A stretch of 64,000 nucleotides of DNA from Catajapyx aquilonaris (taxonomy: Eukaryota). The stretch is from contig JYFJ02001297.1 of the NCBI GenBank assembly GCA_000934665.2, positions 1 to 64,000 on the forward strand, read 5' to 3'. The notes below the pieces were generated by a model. That model did not search any database. It saw nothing but the letters and a program-made list of their open reading frames with translations, and was not told the origin of the DNA. Every line of letters begins with the position of its first letter. Within the stretch, counting starts at the first letter, position 1. Of the stretch, positions 1 to 11,450 are shown piece by piece. The position numbers and the translations under genes are program-made.

Positions 1-29
1 CCCCCCCCCCCCCCCTTGGATCCGCCCCT
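1..29. repeat. Right terminus of a non-autonomous DNA element (poly-C ...GGATCCGCCCCTG), cut by the window edge
   Basis: The C-run followed by TGGATCCGCCCCTG is the reverse complement of the CAGGGGCGGATCCA terminus common in invertebrate hAT-like MITEs. The other end lies outside the window. Confidence 0.45.
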
Positions 30-1263
30 GCTTCAGCTCCCTCTCACCTGTGGGATGGCTCAAATGTAATCATATATGTACAATAACATGCTTGCGTACA
101 ATAACATACAATCTTGATACAATCTTGATACAATACAATATACCTACAACATTTTTTGTACCTGCTAGCTTCAAGTTCCGTGTCTCTCAATCGTTACGAT
201 TCAAACGTTAAGCAGAATACAATCGCCATGAACAGTACTTTGAGCATATGATGAAAACTTCATGTTCATGACAGATGACACATGGTGACACCCTTATTCA
301 TATAGTCACCATTGAAATTTGAATTAGGTCAAAGCTATAATGTACGCAAAATGAGAGAACGATCTGCATGACTTCATCATTTTGTTCTCATGCAACAATA
401 GGAGCAAATAGGAGTAAACAATGTTCTTTTTGTTGACACTTAATTGTTTACTTATATTGTTGCGTGACGATAGGCAGATCGTCGTTCCCGCACCATGACT
501 ACAAATCCAGGCTCACTCGGATTGGCATTGCAGACTAGGTGGATTCGATTGTATCCGGATTGTATCATTGTTGGTTTCCAGTTGTGCCAACTGGCAGGTT
601 GTTGACAGAATGTCAGTCTGTAAATGTTGAGTTGGCACCCCTTATTCAGAGCACCAACATGGCCGAACGGCGCACGCATCACCCATTCCAACATGGCGTC
701 CAAGTGCGTGATGCCATTTCGTTTCAGTCATCTGTTCCAGCTCCTATGATCATCAGGAGACCAGCACACCTGCCTGGAGTGAGTCACTTGGCGTCTCTAT
801 TTCGTGTGGGTCTAGTACTAGCACCGGGTTTGATGGTACGGCTAGAGCGCGAAGTAGGTCAACGTGTGACAGGTTTGAATCCCATTTTTGGCAGATGCGG
901 TGGTGACGTCACTGGGAATACAGTTCGCTTGATTACAGTACGGGTCGCAAGCGCTGACATTTGTGGCTCTAATGGCTCTAACATATTGGTGCAGAGTGAG
1001 TGGCATTCGGTAGCATGGCAATGGTGCTAATAGTTTGGAATAAGTGACGGATAACTTGCAGGTAATGCCGCAGGTAACTAAATGTCAGCAATATTGTCAG
1101 TTTTGTCATCGTTGCGGATTACTGTTACCCAACAGTTCCACTTGCCCTGCAAACTCTTACAAATAATGTGCTCATTATTAATGTAAATTTGGAAACATAT
1201 GTCATTGTCATGTGCAGTAATTTCATGTTGAAAGTATTGTTGATGTACTCCATAAGTGAACCA

Positions 1264-1557
1264 TCTCTATCTCTATAAATAAGGAAGTTTGTCAGTTTGT
1301 TTGTCCCTTATAGAAATCCAGGGGAAGGCCCTTACACCGCCTTAAATTAGCATATCGGGGGTTACATTTTTCAAGGGATTTAATGCCGCATGTTTCAGCT
1401 TCCGAAAATGAACCTAACTCCCACAACACGCATATTCCCAATTAACGAATTATCAATTACCTATTTAACAATATTCATAGATTTCCATGGTAATGCCCTC
1501 ATTACATTGTAGGCCTACCACCATAACATACCCGGGCAACGCCGGGTAACCTGCTAG
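1264..1557 (+). mobile_element. Non-autonomous Helitron-like element
   Basis: It starts A|TCTCTATCTCTATAAA and ends with the GC hairpin CCCGGGCAACGCCGGG shortly before CTAG|T. The insertion sits between A and T with no TSD, which are Helitron hallmarks. Confidence 0.7.
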
Positions 1558-2080
1558 TATGTACTAAATATGTAAAATAATTTTAGAATTAACTAGTTTA
1601 GACTGGAAACTCAAGGACCGAATAACTAAAAGAATCAACTAAATAGCTAGAAACTGTTGTAAGAGATTATGGCAAATGGTACCAGTTATATACCAATAGT
1701 AGCTACAATTCCTCAAAGATGTTGCAGTGGTTTTCATCACCTCTGATTAAAACTCGTCGATACCAGTTATACCATTTAAAAAATAATCTGCAGTTATCGC
1801 TGGGTATTAGTGGAAGTGGAGTGAACCACAGCGATTACTACCGGAGTAATTTCTGTGCATCTTGCGTAGATTTAGGCTGACCGTTTCTTCTCTGTGGCCT
1901 GAAAGAACTATTTTTCAAAAAGTGCTGACCATAAATTGTGTACAAATTTACTAGAGTGGGAAGGACCGAACTCAGTGAAACATATGGCTGGTTTGCACTT
2001 GTTATTAATTATTATCTACAAAAACTATGAATTAACAACAATCGCAATACAGCCGTATTTGTTTGATATTCCCCACCTTA

Positions 2081-2275
2081 AGCCCGCTCCACACTGGCTG
2101 ATTTTCTCGTACGGAAAAATCCCGCCCGACTCCGTTGGAGAAAATAGAAAATCGGCTGAAATTTAAAATCCGCATGGTGACGTCACAAACTGGATCGGAG
2201 ACGCGCTCCACACTGGCTCAGTTTCTCGTACGGAAAAATCCCCATCGGAGAAACTCAGCCAGTGTGGAGCGGGCT
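2081..2275. mobile_element. PIF/Harbinger (Tourist-like) MITE
   Basis: TIR AGCCCGCTCCACACTGGCTGA...TCAGCCAGTGTGGAGCGGGCT, flanked by TTA on both sides (2078-2080, 2276-2278). A direct copy of the subterminal motif lies inside. Confidence 0.8.
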
Positions 2276-2950
2276 TTAGGCCTGAATGTACTGCTTAAAC
2301 TATATCAAAAATTATGGGTTTTTATTTATTGAATGTCAGCAACAATTAATGAGAAACTACTTTTAAAAACATACCATGATGAGTGGTGCCTGTAATCCAG
2401 TTGGATTCTGGATGGCCGCCACATGAAAGAAAGCGCCATGCAACAAATCTCATGTGACATGACTTCACAAGAGACCAGCTGTGACTACCCATGAAATCTC
2501 ATGCTGTGGTAGCCACACCCCTTTTTGGCAAAGCATGAGGTTTGGGCATGGGTTTGGGGGGTGAAGAAGGATGCAGCCTAAATGTTGCATGAAAATAGCG
2601 CCTGCTCTATTTTTGGGACATTTTTTGCAATCAGTTGCACAACTGGTGGAGATTGCAGGTTACATATAGGATTTTGTCACATGCAACAAAATTGCAGATG
2701 TGTGTCCAATGTGACCAGCGCCTTACAATCCAACTATTTTAAATATAAATCTGACATTTTATAACCCGACATTAGAACTGTTTTGTAACAATACAACCTG
2801 CCATTCTCCCCTTCCATGTCTGAATAATTTATATGTGGCTTCCATATATCCTCTCTATGTTCATTCATGCTATAATTTTGCAGGTGTGACCAGTAACCAC
2901 TGGAATACGTTGTGAGACAGCTGTGTAGAACATAAGTGTTTTGCACAGTT

Positions 2951-3106
2951 ATGGAGGTTGGTGTGGTAAAAGTGGCAGAAGATGCTGACTTCGAGAGGTT
3001 GAAGTCTCTGCTAAATGACAACGATGGGTGGAAGCTTGAATATGGCAAGGCTGGGGCCAAGATATGGACCAAAGCTGACAACCGCTCACAGTTCAAGATG
3101 ATTAAG
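2951..3106 (+). CDS. STARD10: STARD10-like coding exon 1 (MEVGVVKVAEDADFERLK...FKMIK)
   Basis: Acceptor TTTTGCAG at 2883 upstream, ATG at 2951, donor AAG|GTAACA at 3107. Confidence 0.9.
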
Positions 3107-5705
3107 GTAACAGCTTGTGATATTCTGGGTGTGCACAGTAGATGAAAGCAAGTAAAATACTATTTTTATCAGTATTTTCTCATTTTGTTTGAAAGTCGAG
3201 CCCAAAAAACATTTGCAAAATTTATGTCCTCCTTATTCTCTCTTTATCAGGGTGCACAATGCCCAACCGACTATGGCATTCATAGAAACATCTAGTCAAG
3301 TTTATTTGCTAACCAGACAATAGATTTGTCAGAAAATATTGTTATTATTCCCAGGTGATTTTCCAGTAGAAGGTAAAACAACCTGGTATATCCAGGTTGA
3401 AAGCATATTTAGAATTACATGAATTTTGTGATGGTTGTGAAATGCATCTCAACCCAGTGACAGAAAGTCTCATCCACTTATTCAAATTTATTAGCACTAT
3501 TCAATTTGACCTTGAATGTCTGGAAACCTCGAAACAAAATGCGTCAATTTTTTTTTTGTATATAATCCCTTCAGGCCAACTACAAGAATAATTTTCTTAA
3601 ACTTACCTCATCAATCCCAATCTATTTCGCTTGACAGCTATATCATCAGATGGTCAGAAAGGTCTCTTTTATACATTGTAGTCAAAGAGTAGCATTCAAC
3701 TTGCAACTATTTCCTATGCACTTATGATTTTTGACGTGCTATAAGATTTCTATTCTTTTGGACATTCGCATTTCCCACTGGGATTGACACACAGGTTATT
3801 TCGAGACATGAGCAAAACCGCTATTCACAATACTGATTAGCAATATATTAAAACCTTTGTCAAATTGCTCAATTTTTGTGATACTGTACATTGTAATCTC
3901 CAAACTGTGACTGTCTGTTCTGTAATGTGGAATTTCCCTACTTCAAATGAACTTAGGTATTATTTCAGTACGTATCTAATTGGGTTAGTGCACTGCCCAT
4001 TTGCTGGGCATATACCACGGTATTTTATTTGCTCTTTATGGTGTACAAGCAGGGTCCTTTTCCGTAATGCCCAGGTACCACACGCGAAGGAGGATATTCT
4101 GGGAGGGGAAATGTGCAGGTGCAGGTGCAAGTGCAATGTCGTTTTGTGCAGTCCCCTGGGTGGTTAGTCTCGAGGAATCCCACCAGAGATAAGAAGGGGA
4201 AAACCCGGCTTGGGATTGAACCTGGGACCTTTCCGCCTCCCCCCATTGTATATATAAGGGCTTACAAGCCTGGCAAAGAATCAATTATCACTACATTATA
4301 CTGTATACAAGCATTAAGTGAAATGTGTTTTGAGTTACAGACGAGATTGTTATTATCATCAATATCATCATTATCAGTGTCATTGATGCATTGATATTTT
4401 ACAGATGCGCACTGTTTACCCAGATGTCCCACCTGATCTACTTTATGATGTCCTTCATGATCCTGGTTACCGACCTGTCTGGGACAAGCATATGATTCGG
4501 TCTGAGGACATTGGCTGCCTGAACCCAAATAATGATGTTGGATACTACTCGGTGTCATGCCCACCTCCGCTCAAGAACCGAGACTTTGTGTTGCAGAGAT
4601 CATGGCTAGAGACCGGGAAGGAATGGTTCATCATCAATCATTCAGTCTACCACAAAGATTTTCCTCCAAAGAAGGGAATGGTCAGGGGTACCTCTTACCT
4701 CACTGGATTTGTCATCACTCCAAAGGGAGTTGGGGGGTGCGAGTTGGGGTACATATCACACTCTAACCCTGGTGGGACATTACCACCATGGCTGGTCAAC
4801 AAGGTCACCAAGGTCTTTGCACCAAAGGTCAGTTGGTTTACTGTATACTGATGGTATACAGGGTGTAAATGAATTCAATCGACAAACTTGTAGGGGTAAT
4901 AGAGGGGACCAAGACAAGTATTTTTGACATAGGAACCCGTGTCCGGAAACGCCATCTAGAGGGGGTTCATAGACAAGGAACAGGTGTGCTCAGACGCATC
5001 AGGAGGGAGGCGCTAGGCGAGCGGACTGTTTTGTTGATAGAGGACGCGCAGTTGTTGCCAGGTTATGGCATATCGCGTCGTCGTAAGCAAACAACGACGT
5101 GATACGCCATAACATGGCAACAACAGAACCGTTGTTTACTCTCCACGCGTCTCCTAGGAGGCATACTTTAGTTGCTAGATGGCTCTGTTGTTGCCAGGTT
5201 AAGGCGCATCTCACCTTTATTTACTATCCGAGCGCCATCTATCAACATATCAGTCCGCTTGCCTAGCACCTCCCGCGTGGAGCGTCTGAGCGCACCCGTT
5301 CCTCGTCTATGAACCCCCTCTAGATGGCGTTTCCGGACACGGGTTCCTATGTCAAAAATACTTGTCTTGGTCCCCTCTATTACCCCTACAAGTTTGTCGA
5401 TTGAATTCATTTACACCCTGTATAATAGCTGGCATCTTCAGAGCAATATTTATGACTTGATTGCCTTTGTGTAGATGATTAAGCGCCTGCAGAAGGCATG
5501 CAAGGGTTACCTTCACTGGAAGCAGGAGCACAACCCATCCTGGAAGCCATGGCTCTATCCAGAGCAGATTGACCTCCCCAGGGTCCTGCCAGACCACTGC
5601 GTCAAGACAGATGCCCATGACAAGCACGATGACATAGATGAATCTGTTCTGGATGAGTCCAATGTGAAGGATGTTGACTTCACAGATGAATCGGATGATT
5701 TGTGA
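2951..5705 (+). CDS. STARD10: START domain-containing protein 10-like (PCTP-like phospholipid transfer protein); join(2951..3106,4405..4827,5475..5705), 269 aa
   Basis: Three exons with GT-AG, phase-0 introns join in frame. The protein carries typical STARD10/PCTP-L motifs: LYDVLHDP.YR..WD, NNDVGYYS..CPPPLKNRDFVLQRSW, INHSVYH, P.G.LP.WLVNK, and WKQEHNPSWKPWLYPEQ. Confidence 0.93.
3982..4237 (-). mobile_element. tRNA-derived SINE (family A), diverged and 5'-truncated copy in STARD10 intron 1
   Basis: The reverse complement aligns with the SINE at 54292-54668: B-box GGTTCAATCCC, GACTAACCACCCAGGGGA, TACCTGGGC.TTACGG.AAAGG and GCTTGTACA. Confidence 0.75.
4405..4827 (+). CDS. STARD10: STARD10-like coding exon 2 (START domain core)
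   Basis: Acceptor TTTTACAG|ATG and donor AAG|GTCAGT; 141 codons. Confidence 0.93.
4859..5420. mobile_element. Tc1/mariner-type foldback MITE (CAGGGTG termini, TA TSD) in STARD10 intron 2
   Basis: 4859-4974 is the exact reverse complement of 5305-5420 (116 bp), followed by about 70 bp of imperfect inverted homology. TA flanks both ends. Confidence 0.92.
5475..5705 (+). CDS. STARD10: STARD10-like terminal coding exon
   Basis: Acceptor TTTGTGTAG|ATG, motif WKPWLYPEQ, acidic tail, TGA at 5703-5705. Confidence 0.92.
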   Translation: MIKRLQKACKGYLHWKQEHNPSWKPWLYPEQIDLPRVLPDHCVKTDAHDKHDDIDESVLDESNVKDVDFTDESDDL

Positions 5706-5812
5706 AGGCAGGCTTCGCATTTATCAATACTGGAGACTGGACATCATGCATTCAATTTGCTTACATAGTTGTTTCAGATAAAGGCTGTATTTGAATGGTT
5801 TAAAAGACAGAC

Positions 5813-6333
5813 TAAGGCTAGGAAGAGAATCAAGGAATTCGGGTACTTGGGTAATTCTAAACTGCAAAAGGATACCCTATTTCATGCATTGGAATCAGAT
5901 ACCTGCTGGATATTGGATATGCCTACTATTTCTTAACATAGGTACCTCTTCTGCAACTTGTTCATCTGTGCTGCGTTTGTGTTGTTTATCGAGTGCATTG
6001 CATGCTGGGGTGGCTCTTTGTCACCTGGCTATAAATTTTAAAATACTTTGAGAACTGGAAACATTAGACCGACCTAAATACTTATAAAATTCTTCCAAGA
6101 TGCTATGATTATGTACTTTTAGAAATGGACAATTGATCAATGTTAATGATTGTAGTGCGTTAATTGTGGCGAAGAGCTGCCCCTCTGTACACTACACTTA
6201 GATGTGCTGTAAAAGCACATGTTCCTGCACATTTACTTGTGTGGGAAAGGCATCCAATTCCTAGCCAGTATCGAGTCCAGGCAGATATAAATTCCTTACA
6301 GGTACCCAATACCAAGATGTTTTCCTAGCCTTA
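5813..6333. mobile_element. Degenerate TIR element (possibly hAT-like) in the STARD10 3' region
   Basis: Inverted ends TAAGGCTAGGAA...TTCCTAGCCTTA with further imperfect GGGTAC/GTACCC symmetry. The 8-bp flanks match 6/8 (AGACAGAC/ATACAGAG). Confidence 0.45.
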
Positions 6334-6423
6334 ATACAGAGTGAGGCAAGCATATATCCTTTTGACACCATTCTTTTGTATGAAAGGTACAGAACTTGTG
6401 CCTGGTGTAGCAGTTCCCATATA

Positions 6424-6636
6424 CAGTCAGCCCCCTGTTATCCATGGTATCGTTATCTGCAGTTTGAAAATATTGTTTTCATTGAGTCTTAATGCGACTT
6501 TGTAAATTAAGCTTACCAAAGATACATTTGCATGTTAAAATGAATATCTTCTATAGCGTTCAGTTTATCTCTGGGTTTCACTTATCGGCGGTGGGCGTGG
6601 AACCAATTGTCAAAGATAATGAGGGGCCGACTACTG
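6424..6636. mobile_element. Degenerate pogo/Tigger-like MITE
   Basis: TA|CAGTCAGCCCCCTGTTATC...GATAATGAGGGGCCGACTACTG, an imperfect TIR of Tigger type. Confidence 0.55.
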
Positions 6637-9600
6637 TGTATGGGAATGAATGGGGCGTATTATTGCAATGCTTTTCAAACCTTTGATGATAAAATTGACC
6701 TACCAGTATTTGTTTATCTGTCTAACTAAGGTACTAAATGAATTTTTGAACAATATATTATTATACTGAAGAAGAGATTTAACTATTTTTGGAGAAGGCA
6801 GGAAATGATCGTTATTGTCATTTTGTGACATAAATGTAATTTTGTGGACTCAGCTGTAAATGTGCACATGACAAATGGTATTTATGAATGCTATGTAACT
6901 TTGCTGACGTTGGTCAAAGAATTACGGGTAGAGCTGAACCATATGGGTGTTACGTCTCGGTTCCCATAGATGGGTATAAAGTAAACTGAAGGAGAGAGTC
7001 AGCCTTTGAGCCTTACCTGAACGTACTTATCACATGTTCTGATATCATTTAGGCAAGGCACATCCATGTCATGCCCCGTCTGTATAGGACGCCTTCATAC
7101 ATTGATAAGAAGTCACCGTAACATATTGAACTGCATATCTCAATAACTAATACCCTGCAAGTGAATTTGGCATCCTCTGAATTATTTCATATGATGATGT
7201 GCTTTCTGGTAATCCAAAATAGATGCATATTTGGAATTTGCTTGTGTCAGTGTGCTGAGCAATCATAGGTCTCTCACACACGTGGACCTGAGAGCACCCT
7301 TGAACTCCATCCATGTTTTAAGATATTACAAGGTTTGAAAGCAATGACAATATGAAGTATGTGATAGAGATGTTTAAGTACATTCCATGCACTTTTCATG
7401 CTCAAGTATGGTGCAAAAGAAAGGATTATTTTCAGTCACTGTTCATTCAATGTCATGGTTGCTGAGATTCGCATATTCATTTTGAAAACATCTCATTTTG
7501 ATTCCTGTTTCAGTTAAATCAGCGTAAAGGAGCTTAATGAGGTGGTTTTTCAGAACTTAAGGTATTCCTCAGATCACTTAGAAGACTGTCATTCGGAGCT
7601 GTTCTAGTGATTGAAGACAAAGTGTTTTTTGGCCAACCTATGAAAGATGGGCACTGGCCAGCGCAGCTTTTGACGCTATCACAGTTGCAGCCAATCCATT
7701 GACATAGTCTTTTTCACTTGAGTCTGATAAATGAACTCCACCATTCCTGAAGTAAATGTGCCATTAGCCCGAAAAATGGAATGCTGCCCTGCACAGTGTA
7801 ACACTTGTAACATTACATGTCATTTTACGCACCAAAAACACTGATGTCACAAAAAGCCATTTTTTGTGATTGGTCAACTTCATTACATAGGGTCTATGTA
7901 AACCAACGAAGACCAGCTTATCCAAAATGATGTGAATTTTAATGACAGTTAGTTACTTTCTTATTGGGTGGTTCTTTGTCCTTCTGAAAAGTTACTAGTA
8001 GTGAGGATTCTCCCAAGTACTTTCTCGTGGGTTACTTCGGTTAGTAGTTGGTGACAAGCACTACTAACTTTAGCACATGGATGAATAACTGACCCATTGA
8101 TTTTAAGTTGCTAATTCTAGAGTTTTTTAATGCTATGGGGCTAGACTGAACTCAAATTCGTAGCATTATTTATATTGAAAGCTGGATTGCAAGTGATTGC
8201 AAATTCTTTTAGGGTATTTTGAAAACAGATTTTAAGTTTCAGAGGAGTAAATGATTTTTGAAGTCAGGTCAGAATAATAGCTTGATTGGTATGTTTGCAA
8301 TTCTTTCCAGTGTATTAATAGTGAGAATGTGATGGAATATCAGCACCTCTTTTTGTCTCATTTTGATGCAAACTCTCATGTCCAACCCTCCGTAATAACA
8401 GCATTCCAATTTTCTTGTAAATGATACTTGTCGAGTTTCCTGAATTTTCCCTCGCATTTAAATTTGGGGAGGGTAGTAAAATAGTATTTAAATGGAGAAG
8501 TGCAATTGTCAATGATTGGTTTATTTAAAGGTTGGGTGTTAATTAATAGCTGCTGAAATTCTAGTTTTCATCAGTGACTGCCTATTTTGGGCAAAACGTC
8601 CTAATGACAGCCAAAGAGCTGTTACAAATCTGCTATCAGGCATCGATTTCAGCAGTATCTGAAGAGGCTACAGCTCTGGGCATGGGCTATTGTCTCCGTG
8701 AATTTTTTTTGTTAATAGTTTTTAGCCAGCTTGCTCTGAGTGAATAGAAGTATTTTCATCAGAGCTGCATTTTTGTCTCTCTCTTACTGTAGAAGCCAGA
8801 GTCACACAAGTCCTGCTCACTAATAAAAAGCTGAGAAAACACCGGATTGTGTTGACAATATGCACCATTTGGGTGCCATATTAGTGAGTGAACTACAACT
8901 TGTTATTTGGCCAATAGCCTCTAGTCATGATCAGATGGCTGCAATAGTAGTGTTTGCAAATATACTGAAAATGCCACTGACTCATAAAGTTGCATAGCTG
9001 CTACATTAAATATTACTTGATCAGTATGTACCAGTACGATTATCAAATCAAACGGAATATGTGATAGTGATGCGTTGTTTTCACCCAATCACAGGTGTTA
9101 TTTTACATGATATTACTAAGCACTCAATGCCAATGTGCAGATATTTGCCTGTGACTACATATCTTCCACTCAAAAGGTTGGTTATCCTGGCATGCAGATG
9201 GAGGGTTCATGCTGGAATTGTGATTACACTAAGACAAGGAGGTAGATATGCAGTATACTCATATATCAGCAGTTATTAATATCACCTGAAGTGAAATAGC
9301 TATGAATTATTATCATGAGAGTTCTAATATGCAAAATTCAGGTACTTGATAACGACATAGTGACTAATGTTTTAAACAGCAATAAGCAAACACTTCAGAA
9401 ATTGGATATATTCATAGCTATTTTAAAATCTGAAACTGTGATTGCATATTTCGAAGTAGCGCTGCTAGTCAACTGTTTTCAACACAGCTAGTCAGATATT
9501 TAATTGTGGTTAACTTATTTTGTGATCGCTTTGTGGTCCTTTATGTCATTCCATTAATGTAGTGATTAAAACTGTTCCTGTACCTCATTGTCCCTGCCCT

Positions 9601-10052
9601 TGATTTTTGCTCAGATAGCTAGTTATTTTTATAACTAGAGTACTAAATTTTGAAACATTCCAGCCTACGTCTCTACGTAGTTAATTAGATAACTAAAAAG
9701 TTTAACTTGTTCCCCCTTCTATTGTATGCCAATGATGGACAATATCAATTAGGGATGACTACAAAGCGAAATATTGCCATTGTTAAAAACCGACACTGTG
9801 CCTTTCTAACAATAAATAATATACGGTGGTGGTTAAAAGAAAAATGTTTTCACTACACCTTTCATGTTGATATTGCTTATTTTCCAGTCGTCTAATTTGT
9901 CAAGTACAATGACCATGATTGGCTCTTAATTAGTGCTACTTCCAGCAGGCACTGCTTCTGCACCCCATCCATATATCACTTTTTGCATGTTCTGTATTGT
10001 GGAAAGGGTTGCTGGCCCTTTTATTCCAACTTACTAGAATTCCTCTTCTCTA

Positions 10053-10914
10053 CCCCTTCACTACCCGTTCACTACCAGCTAGGCCGAAAACGCCTAGATT
10101 TTAGCTTACTCGTACTCGTAGATAAAAACAATATATTTCACAAATAATAACAGTTACACTTACACGTTCCATTCTGTTCACTATGAATGTGTTTGGAACA
10201 GTTTTAGTCATCTAGAAGTTCCTAAAGTGATTTTCAAAAATATCGCTGAAAAAAATCAAAATTCAAGACCTACCGCCCAACTGTTAGGCTCATTTAATTA
10301 TCATGAAATACATTAAAACGTACGGGACATCTACCTTGAGAAACATGCCAGACGAATTTGCTGAAATCATTGTACTTTGTGAGAAATAAATCAACTTGGA
10401 AGTTTTCCAAAGGGACAGCAAGCCGCAGATAAGAATTAATTTAATTCTAGCGAGGATTTCAGCAAATGTCTGGCACAGTTCTCAAGGTTGTTATGCCGCG
10501 TGTTTTAATGTATTTCATAATTAAATCAGCCTAATAGTTGACCGGTAGTACTTGAATTTTGAGTTTTTACAGCAACATTTTTGAAAATAGATTTAGGAAC
10601 TTCTAGACACGGAAAATTGTTCCTAACACATTCATAGTGAACAGAATGAACGTGTAACTGTTATTATTTGTGAAATATATTGTTTTTATCTTCAGAGTTT
10701 GTGTAAGAGAAAATCTAGGCAATGGTGGTATTGGCATTATGCAGCATTATTTTTGGAAATTAATTTAGGGACTTCTAGAGGAGTAAAATTGTTTCCAACA
10801 CATTCAGGGTTTTCTCTGGATGGGTAAGTAGAGCTGTTATTATATGTAAAATATCTTATCCGTATCTTCAGAGCTAAAATCTAGGTGTTTTCGGCCTAGC
10901 TGGTAGCGAAGGGG
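10053..10914. mobile_element. piggyBac-like foldback non-autonomous element
   Basis: Ends CCCCTTCACTAC..CAGCTAGGCCGAAAACGCCTAGATTTTAGCT and AGCTAAAATCTAGGTGTTTTCGGCCTAGCTGGTAGCGAAGGGG|TTAA. Internal inverted arms at about 10120-10370 and 10455-10697. The left TTAA is not intact. Confidence 0.7.
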
Positions 10915-10923
10915 TTAATATTT

Positions 10924-11173
10924 GAGGGCTGTGGGGGAAAAACATGATTTATAACTGACATTTTTGTCATTTTTTACCTAAACACCTAGCAACTATGTAT
11001 AAGACATGACAAACAGTTTGGTATACTCCAAGTTCATGTATCATGCATGAGACGGCCACACGGACTAGATCAAAACCAGCATTCCCTATGATTTGTTAAG
11101 AAAATTCAAACTTCAATTCGCTCTCCTGAAAAATTACTCTTTTGTCAGTTATGTTTTTCCCCCCACACCCCTC
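10924..11173. mobile_element. MITE with GAG termini and 4-bp ATTT TSD (Sola-like)
   Basis: ATTT|GAGGGCTGTGGGGGAAAAACAT...ATGTTTTTCCCCCCACACCCCTC|ATTT. The superfamily is inferred only from the GAG ends and the 4-bp AT-rich TSD. Confidence 0.65.
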
Positions 11174-11450
11174 ATTTGATGTTTCATTTCATTTCATCAA
11201 TTTTACTATGGAATACATAAGCTAAAACAGCAAGTTTTCATTCCAAAACCATTCTTTGGTATAGTAGCATAGCTCAATCATACCTATCACATTTGGGAGT
11301 GAAACAGGTAAGTTTCATTTCATATTTATTTGTCACTTCATACTATTTCATATAGCCATGAATTTTAAGTTGCAGGAGTTGTACAATTGCTGCAAAGAAA
11401 ACTGCACATCAGTAGATTTTGACTGTAGTTTTTTCTTCTAGTTCCAGCTT

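Noticed and set aside
452..1030. Overlapping ORFs of 83 and 163 aa in moderately CpG-rich sequence
   Set aside because: I see no recognisable domain or splice-consistent model, and the - strand frames are interrupted by stops. It could be a decayed repeat, but I cannot support that.
4869..5410. Two ORFs on opposite strands with the same N-terminus (MNSIDKLVGVIEGTK...)
   Set aside because: An artefact of the MITE's identical inverted repeats, not duplicated genes.
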